From Escherichia coli (GTDB lineage: Bacteria > Pseudomonadota > Gammaproteobacteria > Enterobacterales > Enterobacteriaceae), in the NCBI RefSeq assembly GCF_045037415.1, contig NZ_CP173438.1: a stretch of 64,000 nucleotides of DNA; one strand, 5' to 3'. The notes beneath the pieces were generated by a model. It did no database searches and had not been told where the DNA came from. It was given only the letters and a program-made list of their open reading frames with translations. Below, one piece after another: positions 11,205-25,543 of the stretch. Position numbers and translations under genes: made by a program. How positions within the stretch are numbered: position 1 is the stretch's first letter; each line of letters begins with the position of its first letter.

Positions 11205-11696
11205 CTACGCTTCATCCGGAGTACCTTCGGTATCCGTAATGATTTGATACAGCTCTTCATCGCTCTGGGCTGCGCGTAAACGGCGGCAGATGGTTTTGTC
11301 CGCCAGACGTTTCGCCACCAGCGACAGAGTATGCAGGTGCGTTTTAGTTTGGTCTGCCGGCACCAGCAGGGCAAAAAGTAAGTCCACCGGTTGGTTGTCG
11401 ATGGCATCGAAAGCTATAGGTGTTTCGAGCTGAACGAAAACGCCAACGGCACGCAGAGTATCTTCTTCCAGTTTGCCATGCGGAATGGCAATACCATTGC
11501 CGATACCGGTACTGCCCATTTTTTCCCGCGTCAGGATAGCTTCAAAAACCACCTGAGGCGCCAGGCTAAGTTGTTTCGCCGCCAGCTCGCTGATGATTTC
11601 CAGGGCGCGTTTTTTGCTCTGGCAGTGGACGCGGCTTCGCGTACATTCCCTGTTAAGAACACTGCTAAGCTGTAGAGTTGTATCATTATTTGTCAT
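11205..11696 (-). CDS. ptsN: nitrogen-PTS enzyme IIA-Ntr
   Basis: Track ORF 11205..11720 trimmed to ATG 11696 (MTNNDTTLQLSSV...). Phospho-His motif GIAIPHG. Confidence 0.95.
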   Translation of the reverse strand: MTNNDTTLQLSSVLNRECTRSRVHCQSKKRALEIISELAAKQLSLAPQVVFEAILTREKMGSTGIGNGIAIPHGKLEEDTLRAVGVFVQLETPIAFDAIDNQPVDLLFALLVPADQTKTHLHTLSLVAKRLADKTICRRLRAAQSDEELYQIITDTEGTPDEA

Positions 11697-11813
11697 AATT
11701 TCACCTAAGAACCTGCCCACTCAAACAGTGGAACAGGTTCGGAGCATTAACCGTACAAATGGCCCGTTGTGCCGCACAACAGGCCGCCATGCACATGCTA
11801 ATTGCCCGGACAA

Positions 11814-12101
11814 TTAGTGTTGTTTCAGTTTATCTTTATGTTTGGTCAACTGGCGTGCCAGCTTATCAATTAAGCCATCAATGGCAGCGTACATGTCCTG
11901 ACCTTCCGCGCTGGCATGAATTTCACCACCGTTTACATGCAGTGTTGCATCTGAGGTGTGGGTGACTTTCTCCACTTTCAGAACAACATAGACCTGGTTG
12001 ATTCGGTCAAAATATTGCTCAAGTTTGGCAAATTTGGCTGTAACAAATTCGCGCAGTGCCTCGGTGATCTCGACGTTATTTCCGGTAATGTTGAGCTGCA
12101 T
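11814..12101 (-). CDS. hpf: ribosome hibernation promoting factor
   Basis: Track ORF 11814..12185 (TTG start) trimmed to ATG 12101, giving the 95-aa MQLNITGNNVEITEALREFV...KDKLKQH. Confidence 0.95.
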   Translation of the reverse strand: MQLNITGNNVEITEALREFVTAKFAKLEQYFDRINQVYVVLKVEKVTHTSDATLHVNGGEIHASAEGQDMYAAIDGLIDKLARQLTKHKDKLKQH

Positions 12102-12123
12102 AGTGTCTTCCTTATCGGTTGGG

Positions 12124-13557
12124 TCAAACGAGCTGTTTACGCTGGTTTGACGGCGGAATGGATAAAGACTCTCGGTACTTCGCAACAGTGCGGCGTGCCA
12201 CCATGATACCTTGTTCCGACAGCAAAGAGGTTAACTTGCTGTCGCTCAACGGTTTCGCTGGGTTTTCCGCCGCGATTAATTTCTTCACCAGCGCACGAAT
12301 CGCTGTGGAAGAGGCTTCACCCCCGCCTTCAGTATTGACGTGACTGGAAAAGAAATATTTCAGTTCAAAAATGCCTCGTGGACTATGCAGGTATTTTTGC
12401 GTGGTCACGCGAGATATCGTCGATTCATGCATTTCGACAGCCTGGGCGATATCGGCCAGTACCATCGGTTTCATATATTCTTCACCTTGCTCAAAGAAGG
12501 CTTGCTGCTGTTCAACGATACAGCGACTCACGCGCAGTAGCGTATCGTTACGGCTTTCCAGACTCTTGATCAACCATTTGGCATCCTGCAGATTGCTGCG
12601 GATAAACTGGCTATCACCATCATTGCGCGCGTTATTGCACATCGAGGCGTAGTGCTGGTTGATTTGCAGACGCGGAATGCTGTCACTGTTGAGTTCTACC
12701 GTCCAGTGGCCGTTATGCTTACGCACCAGCACATCTGGAATGACATACTCAGGTTCGCCAGTCTGGATCGACTGCCCGGGGCGCGGATCGAGCGACTGGA
12801 TCAGATTGACGGCTTCTTTCAGCACATCTTCTTTCAGACGCGTGACGCGCATTAAAGTGCGGAAGTCGTGATTGGCTAATAGATCGAGATGATCGCTAAT
12901 GATCAGTCTGGCCTCTTCCAGCCATGGCGTGGTCTTATCGAATTGGGAGAGTTGGATCAGCAGGCAGTCACGCAGATCTTTTGCCGCCACACCGACTGGA
13001 TCAAACCGTTGGATCCGCTTAAGGACGGCTTCAACTTCGTCGATGTCAATCTCTTCATCGCCCATACTTTCGAGAATATCTTCCAGCGGGACAGTCAGAT
13101 AACCGGTGTCATCAACGGCATCGACGATAGAGGTAGCAATCGCGCGGTCAGTGTCGGAAAACGGTGTCAACTCGACCTGCCACATCAGGTAATCCTGTAA
13201 GGTCTGCGTCGTTTCGCCCTGATAGACCGGCAGCTCGTCATCAATGTAGTCACCGCTGGTGCCGGATGGTGTACCAGCGGTGTAAATGGTGTCCCAACTG
13301 GCATCGAGCGGCAGCTCTTCCGGCATCTCTTTTTGTTCGAGCGCGTCGGCGGTGTCCAGTGTTTCACTGTCTTGCGTTTCGCGGGTGTCGATTTCTTCAT
13401 GAGTGTCGATTTGCTCAAGCAGCGGATTGCTCTCCAGCGCCTGCTGTAGCTCTTGCTGAAGTTCCAGCGTCGACAACTGCAACAGACGAATTGCCTGTTG
13501 GAGCTGTGGCGTCATCGCCAGTTGTTGGCTAAGCCTGAGTTGCAAACCTTGCTTCAT
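12124..13557 (-). CDS. rpoN: RNA polymerase sigma-54 factor
   Basis: 477 aa. Gln/Leu-rich region I, acidic region II, RpoN box ARRTVAKYR near the C-terminus. Confidence 0.98.
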   Translation of the reverse strand: MKQGLQLRLSQQLAMTPQLQQAIRLLQLSTLELQQELQQALESNPLLEQIDTHEEIDTRETQDSETLDTADALEQKEMPEELPLDASWDTIYTAGTPSGTSGDYIDDELPVYQGETTQTLQDYLMWQVELTPFSDTDRAIATSIVDAVDDTGYLTVPLEDILESMGDEEIDIDEVEAVLKRIQRFDPVGVAAKDLRDCLLIQLSQFDKTTPWLEEARLIISDHLDLLANHDFRTLMRVTRLKEDVLKEAVNLIQSLDPRPGQSIQTGEPEYVIPDVLVRKHNGHWTVELNSDSIPRLQINQHYASMCNNARNDGDSQFIRSNLQDAKWLIKSLESRNDTLLRVSRCIVEQQQAFFEQGEEYMKPMVLADIAQAVEMHESTISRVTTQKYLHSPRGIFELKYFFSSHVNTEGGGEASSTAIRALVKKLIAAENPAKPLSDSKLTSLLSEQGIMVARRTVAKYRESLSIPPSNQRKQLV

Positions 13558-13604
13558 GTTCAGAATCGTACTCTCCTGCTAAAACGTCGCAAACTTCTAC
13601 CCTA

Positions 13605-14330
13605 TCAGAGTCTGAAGTCTTCCCCAAGGTATACACGCTTAACGTGTTCGTCTTGTAAGATTTCTGTAGGCGTGCCGTGGGCGATCAAATGCCCCTGACT
13701 GACGATATAAGCGCGTTCACAAACCGCCAGTGTTTCACGCACGTTGTGGTCAGTGATCAGTACGCCCAGGCCGCTGTCGCGCAGGTGCTCAATGATGCGT
13801 TTAATGTCGATAACCGAGATCGGGTCAACCCCGGCAAACGGTTCGTCGAGCAGAATAAATTTCGGATTCGCAGCCAGTGCGCGGGCAATTTCTACACGGC
13901 GACGTTCACCCCCGGAGAGTGACTGCCCCATGCTGTCACGCAGGTGCTCAATGTGAAACTCTTCCATCAGCTCGTTCGCACGGTCTTCACGTTGTTCAGC
14001 AGACAAGTCGTCACGAATTTGCAGTACCGCCATCAGGTTATCGTAAACGCTGAGGCGACGGAAAATGGAGGCTTCCTGCGGCAGATAGCCGATACCGCGG
14101 CGCGCGCGTGCATGCAGAGGCAGCAGACTGATATCGTCATCATCAATAATGATGTTGCCCGCATCGCGCGGCACAATGCCAACAACCATGTAGAAAGTGG
14201 TGGTCTTACCGGCACCGTTTGGCCCCAGCAGACCGACAATTTCCCCGGAGTTGACGGTCAGGCTGACGTCTTCTACCACGCGACGGCCTTTATAGGCTTT
14301 TGCAAGGTTCTTTGCAGTTAATGTTGCCAT
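13605..14330 (-). CDS. lptB: LPS export ABC transporter ATPase LptB
   Basis: 241 aa. Walker [10 protein letters not shown], signature LSGGERRR, Walker B ILLDEP. Confidence 0.98.
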
Positions 14331-14336
14331 AACGAA

Positions 14337-14894
14337 TTAATTACCCTTCTTCTGTGCCGGGGTCTGGCCTTTATTGTTTTTGTCCTGCAACTGCGACGGC
14401 ACCAGAACGGTGGTTACGCGCTTGCCTTTGTCGCTGAAAGCCTGCATTTTCTGCTCTTTCACCAGGTAAGTGATCTTATCGCCCTTAATGTTGCTATCGA
14501 CCTGCTGCAGATAAGCATTACCCGTCAGAACGACAAAATCTTTTGCCAGTTCGTAGTGCATCTGGGAAGCGTGACCTTCAACGGGTTTACCGTTGTCCTG
14601 CATCTGGTAGAACGTTGCCGGTTTACCGTAGCCGTCAATCACTTCTTTACCTTGTTCGCCGCCCGGACGGGTAACGACCACTTTGTCGGCATTAATTTTG
14701 ATGGTGCCCTGGGTGACGATAACATTACCGGTAAAGGTAACCACGTTGCCTTGCATATCAAGAGATTGCTGGTCCGATTCAATGTGGATCGGCTGATCAG
14801 TGTCTCCGGTTACGGCAAATGCCGGAATGCTGGCGGCCAGAAGTGAGCTGGCAAGCACAAGATTAAGGCTGAGTTTGTTTGTTTTGAATTTCAT
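14337..14894 (-). CDS. lptA: periplasmic LPS transport protein LptA
   Basis: Track ORF trimmed to ATG 14894 (MKFKTNKLSLNLVLASSLLAASIPAFA signal peptide). OstA-like. The start lies 32 nt inside the lptC 3' end. Confidence 0.95.
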   Translation of the reverse strand: MKFKTNKLSLNLVLASSLLAASIPAFAVTGDTDQPIHIESDQQSLDMQGNVVTFTGNVIVTQGTIKINADKVVVTRPGGEQGKEVIDGYGKPATFYQMQDNGKPVEGHASQMHYELAKDFVVLTGNAYLQQVDSNIKGDKITYLVKEQKMQAFSDKGKRVTTVLVPSQLQDKNNKGQTPAQKKGN

Positions 14895-15438
14895 AGGATG
14901 TTCTAACCTTTTCAATCAGCTCGGCGTTCTTGCTGCGTAAGTTGCCGCGCATTTTCAGACCGCTGGAGTTAAATGTTGTTCCGTATAACGTGACGAGGTC
15001 TTCAGAGGTAACATCCTGCGTCACCAGATTGATCTGCGCGTTATCCGTCGTGATTCTGCGAAGTTGAGAGTCCGGCACGAGTGCATTGACTTCAACGTGT
15101 CCATATAAATAGAGCATCCGGTCATTGGTCAGCTTGGCTTTATCTGCTTTTACGGACCATGTCGGGATTTTATCCTTATCAAACGTGGTAAGTACCGGCT
15201 GCGTAAACCACGAAACGGCCTGATCGGAATAATATTCAACGTGTTGAGCAATCAATCGATAGCTTAGTGCCCCTTCTGGGTTATAGACGAGCGTGTCCGT
15301 ATGCTCGCTTTTATAGGTGGGATCATTGTTGTTGACGACCACCTGGGCGGTATCGTCTTTTTCGGCCATATTAATGCCGATCATCACCAGAACCGCCAGT
15401 GATAGCACAATGATAACCCAACGTCTGGCTTTACTCAT
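14863..15438 (-). CDS. lptC: inner-membrane LPS transport protein LptC
   Basis: 191 aa. Single N-terminal TM anchor (WVIIVLSLAVLVMIGI). Matches LptC. Confidence 0.96.
   Translation of the reverse strand: MSKARRWVIIVLSLAVLVMIGINMAEKDDTAQVVVNNNDPTYKSEHTDTLVYNPEGALSYRLIAQHVEYYSDQAVSWFTQPVLTTFDKDKIPTWSVKADKAKLTNDRMLYLYGHVEVNALVPDSQLRRITTDNAQINLVTQDVTSEDLVTLYGTTFNSSGLKMRGNLRSKNAELIEKVRTSYEIQNKQTQP
14955..14982 (-). promoter_or_regulatory. sigma-E type promoter for lptA-lptB inside lptC
   Basis: The minus strand reads GGAACAA-N16-TCTGA, close to the sigma-E consensus GGAACTT-N16-TCTGA, about 60 nt upstream of the lptA ATG. Positions were checked against the lptC reading frame. A sigma-E dependent lptA promoter is established in E. 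coli. Confidence 0.6.
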
Positions 15439-16001
15439 ATCGATTGCCCTTTGGCTTCATCCAGTTTGCCCTGCGCCAGGAGTAATAAGTCGCAAACTTC
15501 TCGCACTGCGCCACGACCGCCAGCAATGCGCGTTACGTAATCGGCGCGCGGGATCAACAGTGGATGCGCATCGGCCACGGCGACGCTTAAACCCACTTTT
15601 TCCATTACCGGCCAGTCGATGAGATCATCGCCGACATAAGCCACATTTTCCGGGGCAATCGCCAGTTTTTCCAGCAGATCGCTAAAGGCGATCAGTTTGT
15701 TTGACTGCCCCTGATACAAGTGAGTGATCCCCAATGTGGCACAACGATCTTCTACCAGTTTAGCCTTTCGCCCGGTAATGATAGCGACTTCAATATCAGA
15801 GGTGAGCGCACAACGAATGCCATAACCGTCACGAACATTGAACGCTTTCAGCTCTTCGCCGTTATTGCCCATATAAATCAGGCCATCTGACAGTACGCCG
15901 TCAACGTCGAGGATCAGCAGACGAATGTTCTCTGCTTTTGCCATAACGTCGGCGCTGACAGGGCCGTAACAGGTCGCAAGCGACGCACCTGCTTTGCTCA
16001 T
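15435..16001 (-). CDS. kdsC: KDO-8-phosphate phosphatase
   Basis: 188 aa. HAD motif I LILDVDGVLSDG. The stop overlaps the lptC start. Confidence 0.97.
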   Translation of the reverse strand: MSKAGASLATCYGPVSADVMAKAENIRLLILDVDGVLSDGLIYMGNNGEELKAFNVRDGYGIRCALTSDIEVAIITGRKAKLVEDRCATLGITHLYQGQSNKLIAFSDLLEKLAIAPENVAYVGDDLIDWPVMEKVGLSVAVADAHPLLIPRADYVTRIAGGRGAVREVCDLLLLAQGKLDEAKGQSI

Positions 16002-16021
16002 TGTTGTTTATCCTTGAATCT

Positions 16022-17008
16022 TTACACTACGCCTGCACGCAGTAAATCATGCATATGTAACACACCGAGTAAATGGTCGCCATCGGCAACCATCACGGAG
16101 GTGATATGGCGGGACTGCATTAAGTTCAGTGCCTCAACGGCCAGAATGCCTGGGCGCACGCGTATTCCCCCCGGCGTCATCACATCGGCAATACTTAACT
16201 GACGAACATCCACGCCCATATCGAAGACACGGCGTAAATCACCGTCGGTAAAGATGCCTTCAATCATCATATTGTCATCGCAAATGACAGTCATACCAAG
16301 ATTTTTGCGGGTAACTTCCAGCAATGCGTCACGCAGACTGGCCGTTTTCTTAACATGCGGGATCTCATCGCCCGTATGCATAATATCGTTTACGCGCAGC
16401 AGAAGTTTACGACCCAGTGCGCCGCCTGGGTGTGAGAGCGCAAAATCTTCAGCAGTAAAGCCGCGTGCTTTTAACAGCGCGACAGCGAGGGCATCGCCCA
16501 TAACCAGCGTGGCGGTTGTGCTGCTGGTCGGTGCCAGCCCTAACGGACAGGCTTCTTTCGCTACTTTAACACACAGATGCACATCTGCGGCGCGCGCCAT
16601 GCTGCTCTCCGGGCGACCGGTGATGCAGATTAACGGTACGTGAAGACGCTTAAGCACTGGAATTAAGGCCGTGATTTCGCTGGATTCACCTGAGTTAGAG
16701 ATAGCAATCACCACATCCTGCGGGGTGACCATGCCTAAATCACCATGCGCGGCTTCACCAGGATGGACGAAAAATGAAGGTGTACCAGTGCTGGCAAATG
16801 TTGCTGCCATTTTGCGCCCGATGTGCCCCGATTTCCCCATCCCCATGACGACAACTTTCCCTTTACACCAGAACATCTTTTCACAGGCAAGCGTGAAATT
16901 CTGATTGATGTATTGATCAAGCTCCGCCAGGCATTCACGTTCAATCGCCAGGACTTCTTTACCTGCTTGCTGAAAGTCAAAACCCGGTTGTAACTCTACG
17001 TGCGACAT
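16022..17008 (-). CDS. kdsD: D-arabinose 5-phosphate isomerase
   Basis: Track ORF trimmed to ATG 17008 (MSHVELQPGFDFQQAGKEV...). SIS domain (GMGKSGHIG) plus tandem CBS domains. Confidence 0.96.
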   Translation of the reverse strand: MSHVELQPGFDFQQAGKEVLAIERECLAELDQYINQNFTLACEKMFWCKGKVVVMGMGKSGHIGRKMAATFASTGTPSFFVHPGEAAHGDLGMVTPQDVVIAISNSGESSEITALIPVLKRLHVPLICITGRPESSMARAADVHLCVKVAKEACPLGLAPTSSTTATLVMGDALAVALLKARGFTAEDFALSHPGGALGRKLLLRVNDIMHTGDEIPHVKKTASLRDALLEVTRKNLGMTVICDDNMMIEGIFTDGDLRRVFDMGVDVRQLSIADVMTPGGIRVRPGILAVEALNLMQSRHITSVMVADGDHLLGVLHMHDLLRAGVV

Positions 17009-17021
17009 AATGCGTTTCCAG

Positions 17022-17999
17022 TTATTCAACGAGTATTGGCGATAACCAGTACAACATCGCCAGCCATACGATAAATCCGCCAGTTAATAATACCCCTACA
17101 CCACGGCCCGGTTGCGGGGAGCGCCGCCAGCACAGCAACGCAAAAATAATGCTCACCAGCAACATCACGCTGTAGTCACGACTGTACGCCAGTGGATCAA
17201 TCTCTCCTGGCGTTATCAGCGCGGGTAAACCCAACACGATGACAATATTAAAAATGTTTGCGCCAATGATATTTCCGACCGCAATGTCGTTTTCACCTTT
17301 GCGAACCCCTGCTATTGCGGTTGCCAGTTCCGGCAGGCTGGTTCCGATAGCAATTGCCGTCAGACCCATCGTCAACTCGCTGATGGCAAAGTAATTCGCC
17401 AGCACCGTGGCGTTATCAACTACCATCCGCGTGGCCACTGGCATAATGATCAGTGCGATGCCGAGCCATAAAAATGCGACGGGCAATCCACCTTCACGCG
17501 GCAGCTCTGCAAGCTGCTCTCTGGTCAGGCTGTCAGTCCCCTGACGTTCAGCCTGACGTGCAAGTTTAACAATGAACAGCAGCCATAGCACAGCCAGAAA
17601 GAGGAGAAAGATACCATCGCTGCGACTAAGTTGTCCGTCATAGAGTACGGAACCGGCCACCACGCTGACCAACAACATTAAGGGTAATTCACGGCGTAGA
17701 ACATCAGAATGGACGGTAAAAGGACGAACCAGCGCAGCCAGACCGAGGATCAGCAATATATTGATAATGTTTGAGCCGAGGGCTGTACCAACGGCTAAAT
17801 CGCGTTGTTCGTGCAAAGACGCGGCAAGCGAGACGATGATTTCTGGTAACGATGTACCAATACTGACCACCGTCATGCCGATGATCAACGGCGGGATGCC
17901 AAAGGTTCGGCAAAGAATAGACGCGGCAAAAACCAGGCGGTCGGCACTGTAAACGACCAAAAGTAAACCAACAATTAACAGTGCCGTAGCTAAAAGCAT
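17022..17999 (-). CDS. yrbG: Na+/Ca2+ exchanger-family inner membrane protein YrbG
   Basis: 325 aa polytopic protein with two alpha-repeat motifs GTSLPE (IGTSLPEIIVS and IGTSLPELATA). Confidence 0.94.
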   Translation of the reverse strand: MLLATALLIVGLLLVVYSADRLVFAASILCRTFGIPPLIIGMTVVSIGTSLPEIIVSLAASLHEQRDLAVGTALGSNIINILLILGLAALVRPFTVHSDVLRRELPLMLLVSVVAGSVLYDGQLSRSDGIFLLFLAVLWLLFIVKLARQAERQGTDSLTREQLAELPREGGLPVAFLWLGIALIIMPVATRMVVDNATVLANYFAISELTMGLTAIAIGTSLPELATAIAGVRKGENDIAVGNIIGANIFNIVIVLGLPALITPGEIDPLAYSRDYSVMLLVSIIFALLCWRRSPQPGRGVGVLLTGGFIVWLAMLYWLSPILVE

Positions 18000-18208
18000 C
18001 TAACGTCCTTTCTTCAGGTATACTCGCCGGTCCGCTGAAGATTTTCAGAAAGCCGTAACAGATTCTTAATTTTGACTTTATGCGGCTAAAAAGTAAAACA
18101 AATGCCAGCTTTCGCTAACCACGGCAGGTAATATTCTGTAAATATGTTGGGTTCAAGGTTAAATTGAGCGCCATGCTTAGAAAATCAACGCAAGACGAAG
18201 GGTGAATT

Positions 18209-19808
<1,600 letters not shown>

Positions 19809-19812
19809 GTTC

Positions 19813-20364
19813 ATGCAAACGAAAAAAAATGAAATTTGGGTGGGTATCTTTTTATTAGCAGCACTGCTTGCGGCGCTGTTTGTTTGCCTGAAGGCAGCGA
19901 ACGTGACGTCTATACGTACTGAACCGACCTATACGCTTTATGCGACGTTCGATAACATTGGCGGCCTGAAAGCCCGCTCTCCGGTCAGCATTGGTGGCGT
20001 TGTTGTGGGCCGGGTGGCGGATATTACGCTGGACCCGAAAACCTATCTGCCGCGCGTAACGCTGGAAATTGAACAACGTTATAACCACATTCCTGATACC
20101 AGTTCGCTGAGCATTCGTACTTCCGGCCTGCTGGGGGAACAATATCTGGCATTAAACGTCGGTTTTGAAGACCCGGAACTGGGGACTGCTATCCTGAAGG
20201 ATGGCGATACAATTCAGGACACCAAGTCTGCGATGGTGCTGGAAGATCTCATTGGTCAGTTCCTTTACGGTAGTAAAGGCGATGACAATAAGAATAGTGG
20301 CGATGCGCCAGCTGCTGCGCCAGGTAATAATGAAACCACTGAACCTGTGGGTACAACGAAATAA
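19813..20364 (+). CDS. mlaD: MCE-domain phospholipid-binding protein MlaD
   Basis: Track ORF trimmed to ATG 19813 (MQTKKNEIWVGIFLLAALL...). N-terminal anchor plus MCE domain. Confidence 0.95.
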   Translation: MQTKKNEIWVGIFLLAALLAALFVCLKAANVTSIRTEPTYTLYATFDNIGGLKARSPVSIGGVVVGRVADITLDPKTYLPRVTLEIEQRYNHIPDTSSLSIRTSGLLGEQYLALNVGFEDPELGTAILKDGDTIQDTKSAMVLEDLIGQFLYGSKGDDNKNSGDAPAAAPGNNETTEPVGTTK

Positions 20365-21017
<653 letters not shown>

Positions 21018-21018
<1 letters not shown>

Positions 21019-21311
21019 TGAGCGAGTCACTGAGCTGGATGCAGACGGGTGACACGCTGGCGTTATCCGGAGAGCTGGATCAGGACGTTTTGCTACCGCT
21101 TTGGGAAATACGTGAGGAAGCGGTGAAGGGGATTACCAGCATCGATCTTAGCCGTGTGTCTCGCGTGGATACGGGTGGACTGGCACTGCTGCTCCATCTT
21201 ATCGATCTGGCGAAAAAGCAGGGCAACAATGTGACGCTTCAGGGGGTAAACGACAAAGTGTATACCCTGGCGAAATTGTATAATTTGCCTGCTGATGTTC
21301 TGCCTCGTTAA
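21018..21311 (+). CDS. mlaB: STAS-domain protein MlaB
   Basis: Track ORF 20922..21311 trimmed to ATG 21018 (MSESLSWMQTGDTLALSGELD...). The ATG overlaps the mlaC stop (TAATG). Confidence 0.93.
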
Positions 21312-21319
21312 ATTTTTTC

Positions 21320-21351
21320 AGGCCGGATATGGCGTTAACCGCCTGTCCGGC
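21320..21351. repeat. degenerate REP-like palindromic element
   Basis: AGGCCGGATATGGCGTTAACCGCCTGTCCGGC has REP-like arms GCCGGA...TCCGGC. It lies just after the mlaB stop. Confidence 0.5.
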
Positions 21352-21470
21352 AAACCTGCCTGCAAGTCGAGCCTTGTCTGATTTATCAGCGAGGCTTTTT
21401 GCTTATTTATGCCAGCGCAACTTTGCTCTAAGATGTTTCGCTGATTTATTAACTGATGATTGAAGATCCC

Positions 21471-21725
21471 ATGGAAAATAATGAAATTCAGAGCGTGTTG
21501 ATGAACGCTCTCTCCCTCCAGGAAGTCCACGTTTCCGGCGATGGCAGCCACTTTCAGGTTATTGCCGTGGGTGAGTTGTTTGACGGCATGAGTCGGGTTA
21601 AAAAACAGCAGACGGTCTATGGCCCGCTGATGGAATATATTGCGGATAACCGCATTCATGCTGTGTCGATCAAAGCGTATACCCCTGCGGAGTGGGCGCG
21701 CGATCGCAAACTGAACGGCTTTTGA
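21471..21725 (+). CDS. ibaG: BolA-family acid-stress protein IbaG
   Basis: Track ORF trimmed to ATG 21471 ([30 protein letters not shown]...), 84 aa. Confidence 0.92.
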
Positions 21726-21779
21726 GCTATGGGCGATTCGCCGGTAGCGGATATGAATTGTTAACTGAGAACAAACTAA

Positions 21780-23039
<1,260 letters not shown>

Positions 23040-23055
23040 TTGTCTGAGAGCTGGC

Positions 23056-23073
23056 AGCCCCGTTCGCGGGGCT
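23056..23073. other. stem-loop between convergent murA and sfsB
   Basis: AGCCCCG-TTCG-CGGGGCT is a 7-bp GC-rich stem with a UUCG tetraloop. There is no U-tract on either strand, so terminator function is uncertain. Confidence 0.5.
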
Positions 23074-23086
23074 ACCGCCAGACCAC

Positions 23087-23365
23087 TCATTTTTTCGGTT
23101 TAGTGTAGCTACGCATCAACTGCGTTCTGTCGATAAACTCATGGGTCTGCGGATCATGGTAGCGTGATGGCCAGATAACCCAGGGGTCAGTTCCCAGGGC
23201 TTTCGCAATAATCATCTCTCCTTTCGGCCATGGGCGTGATAATGCGTTCGCCAGCGTTGAGGAACTCAAACCATTTCTGCGAGACTCCGCCGCCATTGAC
23301 GTTCCCTTCTTGCGCAAACCTGCAATGATGTCAGCGGGATGCCAGTCAATGAAATTACTTTCCAT
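23087..23365 (-). CDS. sfsB: Ner-like DNA-binding regulator SfsB (Nlp)
   Basis: 92 aa, MESNFIDWHPADIIAGLRKKGTSMAAESRRNGLSSSTLANAL... Matches SfsB/Nlp, a phage Mu Ner-like HTH protein. Confidence 0.95.
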   Translation of the reverse strand: MESNFIDWHPADIIAGLRKKGTSMAAESRRNGLSSSTLANALSRPWPKGEMIIAKALGTDPWVIWPSRYHDPQTHEFIDRTQLMRSYTKPKK

Positions 23366-23597
23366 CTTTCCTCACTCCTTAAATTAGTCGCTTTCATTCA
23401 GAATACTTCTTCTGTTTCTGTCGAGCATCACTATACTCCTGATGGCCTATTGCTCTAAAAAGTTCCTGTAAAGAGTGTGAATATTCAGAATATATAAAGA
23501 TACACAGCCCTGTTTTTCAGGAGTTATAGAGCTGAATAAGTGTTTTATGGAATTTACTGGAATCATCCCGCGCACTGCGCGGGATGAGGGGAGGGGA

Positions 23598-24569
23598 TTA
23601 ACGATCGCGTTGAACAGCGATGTGCGCGAGGCCGATAAGTGCTTCTCTCCACGGGGTGTCCGGGAGCACCTGTAACGCTGCGATGGCTTTGTCTGCTTCT
23701 TCCTCGGCACGCTGACGCGTCCATTCAAGAGATCCACAAGCGTTCATTGCTTCCAGAACCGGTTCCAGAAGATGGCGACCGTTACCCTGTTCGATGGCGG
23801 TACGAATCATCTGTGCCTGTTCTGGTGTGCCATGATGCATCGCATGCAGCAGCGGCAGCGTCGGTTTACCTTCGTTCAGATCGTCGCCGACGTTTTTACC
23901 TAACTGTTCGCCATCGGCATTGTAATCGAGTAAATCGTCGATCAACTGGAAAGCAGTGCCGAGATAGCGCCCATAATCTTGTAGGCCTTTCTCCTCCTCC
24001 GGCGTACAGCCAGCCAGAATCCCGGAACACTGCGCGGCAGCCTCAAACAGACGCGCAGTCTTGCTGTAGATAACGCGCATGTAGTTTTCTTCAGTGATGT
24101 CCGGATCGTTAACGTTCATCAGTTGCAGAACTTCACCTTCTGCGATGACGTTTACGGCTTCTGACATGACTTCCAGCACTTTGAGTGAACCGAGGCTGGT
24201 CATCATCTGGAACGCGCGGGTATAAATAAAATCGCCTACCAGCACGCTGGCGGCATTGCCAAATGCGGCGTTGGCGGTAGCTTTACCCCTGCGCATATCT
24301 GATTCATCCACAACGTCGTCGTGTAGCAGAGTCGCCGTGTGGATAAACTCGATCAGGGCAGCAATGGTGACATGCGCATTTCCCTCATAGCCAACAGCTC
24401 GTGCAGCCAGTACAGCAATCATCGGACGAATACGTTTACCGCCGCCGCTGACGATGTAATAGCCTAACTGATTGATCAGTTGGACGTCGGAATTAAGCTG
24501 CTCAAGGATTGCCGCATTAACACCCGCCATATCTTGCGCGGTTAACTCATTGATTTTTTCTAAATTCAT
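23598..24569 (-). CDS. ispB: octaprenyl diphosphate synthase
   Basis: 323 aa. Two Asp-rich motifs, LLHDDVVDESD and QLIDDLLD. Confidence 0.97.
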   Translation of the reverse strand: MNLEKINELTAQDMAGVNAAILEQLNSDVQLINQLGYYIVSGGGKRIRPMIAVLAARAVGYEGNAHVTIAALIEFIHTATLLHDDVVDESDMRRGKATANAAFGNAASVLVGDFIYTRAFQMMTSLGSLKVLEVMSEAVNVIAEGEVLQLMNVNDPDITEENYMRVIYSKTARLFEAAAQCSGILAGCTPEEEKGLQDYGRYLGTAFQLIDDLLDYNADGEQLGKNVGDDLNEGKPTLPLLHAMHHGTPEQAQMIRTAIEQGNGRHLLEPVLEAMNACGSLEWTRQRAEEEADKAIAALQVLPDTPWREALIGLAHIAVQRDR

Positions 24570-24726
24570 CGCAAAAGCCGGGCTTTTCGCCCCGATTACC
24601 TTACTGTGAACAAAGGCAACTTAGGGTTTATGGTTAGGAATATAGGGTGATTGTACTGAAAAAATGGCACAGATAAACGTTACCGTACAAGTTGTGTTTT
24701 TTTTCTTCGTGTATTGACTGTAGCAC

Positions 24727-24755
24727 TTGTCAAAGGCGTGCGTTTTGCGTAATAT
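24727..24755 (+). promoter_or_regulatory. candidate sigma-70 promoter of rplU-rpmA
   Basis: -35 TTGTCA (24727..24732), 17-bp spacer, -10 TAATAT (24750..24755), followed by a GC-rich discriminator TCGCGCCC typical of growth-rate controlled promoters. Confidence 0.45.
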
Positions 24756-24791
24756 TCGCGCCCTATTGTGAATATTTATAGCGCACTCTGA

Positions 24792-25417
<626 letters not shown>

Positions 25418-25442
25418 GTTTTTCGCGTCCCGGTAACGGATG

Positions 25443-25472
25443 AAAGCCCCGCAACACGTTGCGGGGCTTTTT
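25443..25472 (+). terminator. intrinsic terminator/attenuator after rpmA
   Basis: AAAGCCCCGCAAC/GTTGCGGGGCTTT inverted repeat followed by a T-run. Confidence 0.75.
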
Positions 25473-25543
25473 ACATTCGATAACCGGTAAAAATGCGCAT
25501 GGTGCGACGTTAATCCGCATATGCGCTTTGCAGGGAATACGGT

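Noticed and set aside
24338-24346. Perfect DnaA box (TTATCCACA on the minus strand) inside ispB
   Set aside because: A single 9-mer is expected about once by chance in 128 kb of two-strand sequence. It encodes FIHT in ispB and is not clustered with other boxes.
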